Source of the DNA: Blastocladiella emersonii ATCC 22665
Lineage: Eukaryota; Fungi; Blastocladiomycota
NCBI GenBank assembly: GCA_025594325.1
Contig: JANHCV010000002.1
Location: 248,001-312,000 of the forward strand
Direction: 5' to 3'
DNA: 64,000 bases
The position numbers were made by a program, and so were the translations under genes. Positions 56,687 to 64,000 of the stretch are shown one piece after another. A model generated the notes under the pieces. It searched no databases and had not been told where the DNA came from. It saw nothing but the letters and a program-made list of their open reading frames with translations. Numbering within the stretch: the first letter of the stretch is position 1; every line of letters starts with the position of its first letter.

Positions 56687-58499
56687 TCATGTCTGTTTAG
56701 GAGGCGATGGGCACCCGGAACCAGCAGCAGGCTGATGCTGCATCATCTGATACATCTCGTGCGAGTTACGGCCGCCGCCAGCGTGCGGCGTCAAGTTCTG
56801 GAACTGCGGGTTCATGCCCGCGGCCGCGGCCGCGGCCATCGCGTGCATATGGCTCGCGTACGCGGCGCCGCCGCCACCGGATTTGAGCGCGAAGAGCATC
56901 GGGTTTGCAGCTGCTGCGGCTGCGAAAGACGACGCCTGTTGCATATGGAACGCGTGGGCGATCGCGGGCAGGGAGGACACGGGCACAGTCACGAACGAGG
57001 CACCCACACCCATGGCCGCGGACGGGTTGGGCGTTGGGGCTGGACAAATGTCCGCCGCCGTCGAAAATGAACGACGGTCGCGACTCGAGTAAGCGTCGCG
57101 AGAGTAACGGGAGCCACGGCTATGAGAGCGCGAACGGGAAAGTGACCGCGAACGAGGGCGTGAGCGAGAGCGATAAGTGCGCCGTGTCCGCCGCCTGGCT
57201 TCGCGTGCGCGGCTCACGCTTCGCCGCCCACGGCGACTACGATCGCGACTATGACCACGAGAGTCGAGTCGAGCGGGCGAACGCCTGCGTCGGCGAGAAC
57301 GCCTGCGCGAGCGTCGTGAATCGTTGCGCTGATGGCGCGGGACAGTGCGGTTGCGTGAACGTGAACGAGAACGAGAGCGCGACCGTCGATTTGAGCGAGA
57401 AGCGGTCGACTCGAACGGGGACCTCGAATGGCGACCACGGTTCGCGGGCTTTCGCGTCGCCGGCTTCGAAGTCGGCATGGTGGCAATCGTCCGACCCCAC
57501 TTGGGAAGAAAGCGCGGGCTGACCGTGACAGATCGGTTCAAAATCTGCCTCACAATCTCACTACACAAGAGTCGATGCGTCAACGAAAGCCCATCACTGG
57601 GGCAGGCGGAACGTACATTGACAATTTGTCCCACGCAAGCTCAACGTGAAGCGCGTAGTCTTCAAACCGAGTCCCGTACAAACCACGGAGCGCAAGGAGT
57701 CGACATTGGGTGTCAAAGTACTGGAAAAACACGACCAGCGGGTCGCTGGAAGTAACCGAGGGTCAGTTAACCTGAGTCTCCGCCGTTCGTCCAGTGGCAT
57801 TGAGAAACGTACCTACTCGACTCTCGAATGAGCTCAAACGAGCGCACCTCGCCAAACTCGGTCAGGAGATCGCGAGGCAGATCGCGGCTCGGGTCCGCGG
57901 GCTCGGCCGTTCGCGGGCGCAGCTCGATGCGCAGCGAGCCTTCGCACTCTTGGTGTGCTGGTACGGGGTGCGATGCTCAACGGGGATCCCGGGAATCATG
58001 AAGTGCGCGTAGACGCGAACCGCCAACGCTCACGCCCGCTCCACTGCGCAAGTGCTGCAATAGAGTCGCGGATGTCGTGCTACGAGAGTAATCGGGTCGA
58101 TGAGGGAAGGGCGGGGCCGGGAACAACACGAGAACGTACAAAGTCAAGTAGTGCGACATGACGTTGCATGCGACGCCCGCTGTAAATGACATAATCTGAG
58201 CTCCGTGTGGTGACGCTGAAGGCGAGAGGATGCAGCTCAGCCAGCTCCTTGCGGCGGTCCGGCATCCTTCCAGGCTCGGTGACCCACATCAGTCGAATCG
58301 TGCGGCTTGGAGGAAAAATGGCCGTGTTCTCCGCGTCTGCGTCTGATGCCGAGGTTACAGCTGATATGCACGTCTCCGGCGCTGCTGGTACAGCCGTCAT
58401 TGCCGCAAGTTCGGGCACGTTCGCCCGCTCCGAGTTTGGAAGAAGCGGAGTCGTGCGGCGCGCATCGTCGGCTGGCATTGATGTGTTCGGATGGTCCAT
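56687..58499 (-). pseudogene. SR10: SR-family gene with two frameshifts in exon 2
   Basis: Exon 2 HDIRDSIAALAQWSGRERW slips by 1 nt at ~58021 (TGA follows) and again at ~57944 before EGSLRIELRP; other exons intact. Confidence 0.7.
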
Positions 58500-58543
58500 G
58501 TTGCAGCAAGTCAAACCTTGCCGCAAGTGTTCATTGGCTTCAT
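58500..58543 (-). promoter_or_regulatory. SR-family leader: uORF MKPMNTCGKV* (TGA stop) + box
   Basis: ATG 58543, TGA 58513-58511, main ATG 58499. Confidence 0.7.
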
Positions 58544-58901
58544 CGACGGGGTGCAGAGAGAGAGGGCGGCGAGGCCCGACTCGTCACGCCCAACGCGTCG
58601 CTCACGAGTGGCGTGGCTCACGTGACTAACGCCACACAAAAACCCTGCAAGAAACGCAAGGGCCGCTTCCTGATAGTTTTGGCTATGACCGTGGTCCAAA
58701 ATAGGTTGAATGACGCGTCATTCGATTCTCGAACGTGCCAAACACACTGCGCGTCGGTTGATGGCCATCGTGATGGTCGCAGCTGTACGTGGGCCATGTC
58801 CGAGCTTACCTCGTTAGTTCGGTCGTGGTTTCGCTTTGTTCGTGCGTCATAGACATAAACTCATACGCTGTATATTCATACATCTTTCTCCGCGCTCCCT
58901 C

Positions 58902-60656
58902 TTAGTTGGGTGGGGCTGGAAAGGTCGGGTGCTGCATCAACATCACGCCGCCAAGGCCGCTGAACCCGCCCCGACTCGTGTACTGGAACAGCTGTGGTGT
59001 CGTGTTCACTCCCTGAAGCTGAATTGGTGGAGCTGCAGCGGCCGTGTAAAAGGGATTCGTCGCGACAAACTGAGGAACAAGCGGACCCAGGCCGCCACCG
59101 AAGCCCTGAGCCACCGCGGGCGCGTGAAGAATGGGGTTATTCGTAGCCGCGAGCGATGACTGCGGTTGAAGCATTTGGGCAAGATTTTGCTGCTGGGTAA
59201 ACGAAGAAAGCGCTGTCGCAGGAAGGATCATAAACGAAGGAGCAGCTGTCGTTGCTAGCACGCTTGGAGGAACCAAGGGTGCTGAAGCAGCATTCATGTC
59301 GCGAGCTGGTTCATGTCCGCGAGTGCGCCGAGAATCGCGACGACGAGAGCGCGAGCGTGGCTGAGGGCTTCGATGAGAGCGCGAGCGGGACCGCGGGCGC
59401 GAAGTGCGCGAACGACGAGTGTTTGATCGCGAGCGCGAGCGGCGGCGTTCGCGGGTGCCCCCATGTGGATGTGGTTGAGTACGATCGCGAGGACGGCTGC
59501 GGCTCCGCGCCGCTCGCGACGTATGGTTGCGATGGCGATCACGCGAGCGGCTGCGCGAGGGGTCGCGAGATGCGCTCTCTCGGCCCGCGTCACGGCCTCG
59601 GATCGAAGCATCCTGGTCGCGATCCCGAGCGTCAAGGCCCTTCGAATTGGAGCGAGTGCGCGGAGTTATGCTGGCCGGGCGCGCTGCAGCGGACCGGACA
59701 AGCGAGCTGGCCCATTTCGGCAACACGCCTGAAGGCAAGTTGATCGGCCTGTTTAACAGCTTCTTGACAATGTCGCTACACCGAGTCCGTGGTTAAGTGC
59801 AGGCACATGGCGAGCTCATGGGCGGGAAAAACGTGCATTGATGTCTGATCCCACGCAAACTCGACGTGGAGCCTGAAATCTCCAAGCTCGCTCAAGTTCA
59901 GAGCCCTGCATGCCCTGAGTCGATCCCGGTCGTCAAAGAATTCAACAAAAATGGCCAAGTATCCGCTACACGGCCAGAATTCAGACGAGTGTTAGCTAAG
60001 TTTTGGGTTGTAGGGCTGAGAGTGTGACGGAAACGGACCTGCTCGACGTTTGAAAGCGGCCGAGCGAGCGTAACGGGCCAAACTCCAAGAGCCGCTCGCG
60101 CAGCCGATCGTAACCGAGCGGCGTTGGCAATCTTTTCCACGGGCGTAACTCGATCAGTAGCGAGCCCTCGCCCGTGTGGTGGTAGTGCGGCGTGCGGTGT
60201 TGCACAGGCTCTCCAGGGATCATGTAGTATCCTTGGATACGACTGCCCCACTGCTCCCGCCCGTGCCAATGTTCCAGCGCCGCTTGCGCGTCGCGTATGT
60301 CGTTCTACAGGGATCCATATTCGGATGAGACAAAACATCGCCTGGTTTGCGGCGGAAGAGCATGGACGCACAAATTCAAGGATTGCGAGCTGGTACAGTT
60401 GCGACCGGCCGTCAAGTCGGAGAAGCGCACTGTTGACTTTGACTGAGTACGCCTCGCGACACTGTTGCTGCAGCTCAAGCCGGTAATCGGTGACATCCTC
60501 CGAGCGTTGCTTCCAGTACAAGCGAATCCTCCGCATCGGAGGGAAGCCAAATGGCGATAGGGGCGCGTCGCCGCCCCCGCTCGCTGACGATGGAGTCGGA
60601 TCGAGCGGGGCCTGTCGCTCAGTCGCTGACGATGATTTCGGCCTCGGTCCGTCCAT
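58902..60656 (-). CDS. SR11: Mei2-like RRM-RRM-RS protein
   Basis: FPPMRRIRLYW..LAILEF | NDIRDAQAA..GEGSLLIELRP | YLAIFVEFFD..FAWDQTS | (GC donor) DIVKKLLNR..LPKWAS. Confidence 0.85.
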
Positions 60657-60691
60657 TTTGCAGCAAGTTAATCGCGTTGAGGTTAATCCAT
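60657..60691 (-). promoter_or_regulatory. SR-family leader: uORF MD* plus the conserved downstream TAA box
   Basis: ATG GAT TAA CCT CAA CGC GAT TAA CTTGCTGCAAA ATG. Confidence 0.6.
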
Positions 60692-61103
60692 TCGCTTCGT
60701 TGTGAGGTGGCGGTGGGAGAACAAGTTGGCGTCGCGCCGCGGTCGCGCTTTTCGCTCGGCTGACCGCGTTGGTCATGCGCGACTCGCGGCCCCCCTCCGA
60801 TGCTCGCCGGCGTCGGACTTGCGCCGGTCGCCGCCGTCTCTCTCCACACTCCCTTTTGCTGCTCTACCGCGTCCAAACTGCTCTATTGCGAGCAGACTGA
60901 AGAGCGAGCGATCCGCGAGCAACGTGGAGTTACGTCTTGCGCGAAGCTGCAGGCCATCTTAGGTATTCATCATGATGGCCATCAGCAACACACTGGTTCA
61001 GGACGAGACACGACCTGTATACGATGGTTATGACAGCGAGGAATAGAAAATAGCCTTCCTATTGGTAACCAATCACAACAAGCTGCTCGTGTTACTCGCG
61101 GCC

Positions 61104-62757
61104 CTACGAGCGATCCACGATGCCTTTGTAGCCGCGGCGATGCGCTTCAAGCGACAATAACTTGGCCTCCTGCATGATCTGCTCCCAGACCGGGCACCAC
61201 TCGTCGATGCGAGCAACAAGCGCCCGCATGTCGTTGGGCGGAAGATCGTATGACTTGGCAGCTGCCCGCACCCCGCCCTCGCAGCCGTGGATGGTGTAAG
61301 TGCGCTCAATCAACGTGATTTCTCCGACAAGCCAGCGTCGGCGACGGGTCGTGGCCGGGCCTGAGTGCTCTTGCTTCCACAAGTGCTCGGGCTTGACGAG
61401 GTGGTTCATGACGCGAAGGTCCGCGTCCCAGCGCGCAAGTCCGTGGACGACGCCCGCGCGTAGCCACGTCTCGGCCTCTTCCACGTCGCGCCGACAAAGC
61501 TTGTCCATGGATTTGGGTGGTCGGCTCTTGGATCCGATCAGGGCCTCGATGGCGTCCGTGGGACAAGGCAGTACAGGCGGAAGCTCGGGGGCAGGAAGCG
61601 GGTTGGCGAGGAAGAGGTCGCACAAGGCATCAAACTTGAAAGTCGTGAACCAGCCGAACATTTCAACATCGGGGATGAGCTCGGGGCAATAGTAGTCGCG
61701 GGGAAGGGCGCCGACCTTGATGTAGTCGTTGACAAGCTCTGGGATGACAGCAATGATCTGCAACTCGCCAGTCGTGTGAAAGGGCTGCTTGAGGTGCTTG
61801 GAAAAGTCGAGAATGCGCTGTTCCGTGACGGCCTCCACGACCAGCACCTTGCAGGCTTCAACCATGGTGTCCTCGTCGACGATCAAGCCGTGATACTTTT
61901 GCTCAAGCTTCTTGGCAAGAGCATCTTCGAGTTTTGGGACATAGTAGCGCATCAGGTCGGAGTCGAGCTTCTCGAGGAAGGCAGGAAGAAACTTTTGAGT
62001 GAGGTTGCACAGGGCGCGAAAGAGCGCGTCAGCCGCGTCAAGGTAAAATAGACCTTTCCGACCGCCCCCACTGTGTGGCTGAAACGCCACCACGTGAGAC
62101 GATCCCCTTGCGATGCGGTGCGGGTTTTCCCCCCAGCGCCGCTCACATGATGACACCGCCCGGGCACAAGCCTCGGCCTGGGGGGACAGTCGGAAAGGTG
62201 AATTCCTCCGAGCCCGCCGGGCGGAAGAGTGGCGGCAGCAAGCCAAACCGGCGGTGCGCAACGACAGCAGCTCGAAGTCGCGGGTCGGGAATACGCTCGG
62301 GGCTCGTCTTGGACTCGGAGTCAAGGATGGCATGGTAGACGGACTCGAGGTTTTTGCGGGTCCCAATGAACGAAGCGGTCGCGCGAGCTCCGTTGAGACG
62401 CTGGTAATGGTGAAGGACGCTGTTTACCTCAGCGTGGCATTGCTTGGCGCTCTCGGCAAGCTTCTCCAAGACGTTCGCGATCTCCTCGCCCGTCTTGTAG
62501 CGGGCGGCGATTCCGGGAAGCACCGTCTCGCGAAAGAGGTCGCGAGCAGCGAGGTCGCGCTTGGCGTATGTGCCACTGCCGACCCAACGGTGTTCGTCGG
62601 GACTCGGGAGGTCGTCTGATGCACAAGTCACGCTCGAAGCGGCGACGGGCTCCGTTGGAGGTTGAGTCGCGCGCAAAGGAGCGGGCGCGGGACGGGCGCC
62701 CCTGTCGCGGCCACGGCCACGGCCACGGCCACGGCCGCGTTTGCCGTTACTTTTCAT
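61104..62757 (-). pseudogene. Family B member B1', disrupted by a MITE
   Basis: ORFs 62143-62766 and 61104-62366 are the N- and C-halves of a B1-like protein in different frames; removing 154 nt restores PAGSEEFYLDAADA (cf. B1 PAGSDEFYREVADV). Confidence 0.8.
62050..62200. mobile_element. ~150 bp MITE-like non-autonomous DNA transposon
   Basis: Perfect inverted repeat ACCTTTCCGAC (62052-62062) / GTCGGAAAGGT (62189-62199), extending imperfectly to ~18 bp; flanking AAT direct repeats at 62047-62049 and 62201-62203. Confidence 0.8.
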
Positions 62758-62880
62758 TCGATTCACTGTGTAGGTTCGTCTCGGTCTCTGCGGAGTTCGG
62801 AGCCAGCGACAACGGCGGCAGCCTGGGTGGCAGCCTCAGCGAAACCCAACGAGCTCAGCGGGCTTGAAGTCACATGCGCG

Positions 62881-62901
62881 TCACATGTTATCGAAACGCG
62901 T
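62881..62901 (-). promoter_or_regulatory. 21-bp ACGCGW-N8-CATGTGA upstream motif
   Basis: Minus strand ACGCGTTTCGATAACATGTGA, ~120 nt upstream of the B1' ATG. Confidence 0.5.
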
Positions 62902-63334
62902 CTCGCAGCTTGATCTCGAGACATCGCGCAAACCGTTTCGTGGAGGCTCCAGTATGATACGGAGATGTTTCGCGAGTCCACGGTTAATACCTACGTTATG
63001 AGTGTCGCTGTGGTACATTGCGCGGGCATTATGAAACGCGTCGTTGGGGCGTCCGTGCAAGCGGACCGCGCGGAGAAGCCAAAAATGCGAGGAGCACGAG
63101 CACAGAATATTTGCGTCATGCTTCATTCTTCGGGACCATGGTAGCGCCGGGGGAGAAACAACAACGGAGCGACGACACGCGCGACGGCTCGAGGCACACC
63201 AAAATCTGATTCCGCGACGCGTCCGACATGTCTCGCGGACGATCGCGCGGATTTCAAACGTACATTCGTCACAAGGAGGTGGGAACAAAGGTATTGATAT
63301 TACACTCACCGACTCGCGCCCACGTTCACTCGAT

Positions 63335-64000
63335 CTAGTCGAGCCACGGGATCTGGTGCGCGGGAGGATCTGGCGGGAGCGCTGGCCCAGAGCCCCGAAT
63401 CTCGGCCGCCCGCCCGTCAACCTTCGCTGCCGGCGGCAGGACGGTGTTGGTAACATCCTTGCCGGCCTCGCGTTTGGGCTGCATGACCGGCGCAGCGCGG
63501 TAGCCGTTCTGGCCCTTGGTCGCGCGCGCGGGCGCCGCGGCGCGCGGGTCTTCGTCGTCGCTGGCTTCGTCGCTGTCATCAGAATCGTCGTGGCCGAGCC
63601 CGTAATCGTCGTCGCCTCCGTACGAGTAGGCGTACGCGTCGTCGATGGTGGCGGTCGCGTGCTCGTAGACGTCGCGCGGGACCGAACCACTCGCGTGCAG
63701 GGACATGGCGCCGAATTGGTGCGCAAGCGGGCCGGCGCGGTACGCGTACCACTCGTTGATGCGGGCACGCAGCTCGAACGGCGACAGGTCCGAGACGCCC
63801 GAGCACGGCCGCACACCGCCGTGGTACGACTCAATCCGGACCGTCATCCGGTTGATCGACGTGATGTAGCCCGCGAACCAGCGGAGCTTGCGCGTCTCGA
63901 GCCGCCCGTTGACGATAATCGCTTGGTCCTTCCAGAGGTGTTCGGGCTTGACGAAATGATACATGACTGAAAGCATCGCGTCCCAGGAAGCAAGGCCGCG
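63335..64000 (-). CDS. Family B member B2', 5' partial
   Basis: GLASWDAMLSVMYHFVKPEHLW..ETRKLRWF..RINEW..IPWLD*; closest to B2. Confidence 0.8.
   Translation of the reverse strand, partial: RGLASWDAMLSVMYHFVKPEHLWKDQAIIVNGRLETRKLRWFAGYITSINRMTVRIESYHGGVRPCSGVSDLSPFELRARINEWYAYRAGPLAHQFGAMSLHASGSVPRDVYEHATATIDDAYAYSYGGDDDYGLGHDDSDDSDEASDDEDPRAAAPARATKGQNGYRAAPVMQPKREAGKDVTNTVLPPAAKVDGRAAEIRGSGPALPPDPPAHQIPWLD

Noticed and set aside
1-64000. rRNA, tRNA, CRISPR arrays, autonomous transposase or retroelement ORFs
   Set aside because: None recognised on either strand by eye; tRNAscan/Infernal were not run.

Overview
GC-rich, intron-containing eukaryotic DNA with short introns (GTRYGY...CTRAC...YAG). 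The gene content (fungal-type Sct1/Gpt2 acyltransferase, delta-tubulin, class C GPCR, CNG-type channel) suggests a zoosporic fungus; this is inference. The central ~30.5-56 kb holds mostly single-copy genes: GPCR, metacaspase, delta-tubulin, MOB4, SCOC-like, LEO1, a large unknown, a CNBD channel, an F-box-like gene and GPAT. Both flanks are a birth-and-death gene-family zone with three components. (1) At least 11 copies plus 3 relics of a 4-exon gene encoding two Mei2-like RRMs, an RS domain and a Pro/Gln tail (SR1-SR11 here). (2) Four copies of an intronless orphan family ('family B'), one broken by a ~150 bp MITE. (3) Two almost identical secreted HExxH metalloprotease-like genes. The most striking hidden signal is a leader shared by the SR-like copies: a short uORF (M-x-x-M-N-x5-stop) whose stop lies 11 nt before the main ATG, embedded in TRACTTGCTGCAAY. 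Other notable items are repeated GT-to-GC splice-donor switches, a 21-bp promoter motif shared across unrelated families, a CNG-like channel lacking the filter glycine, and a metacaspase with its low-complexity region at the C-terminus. All gene models were built by eye; no database searches were run.
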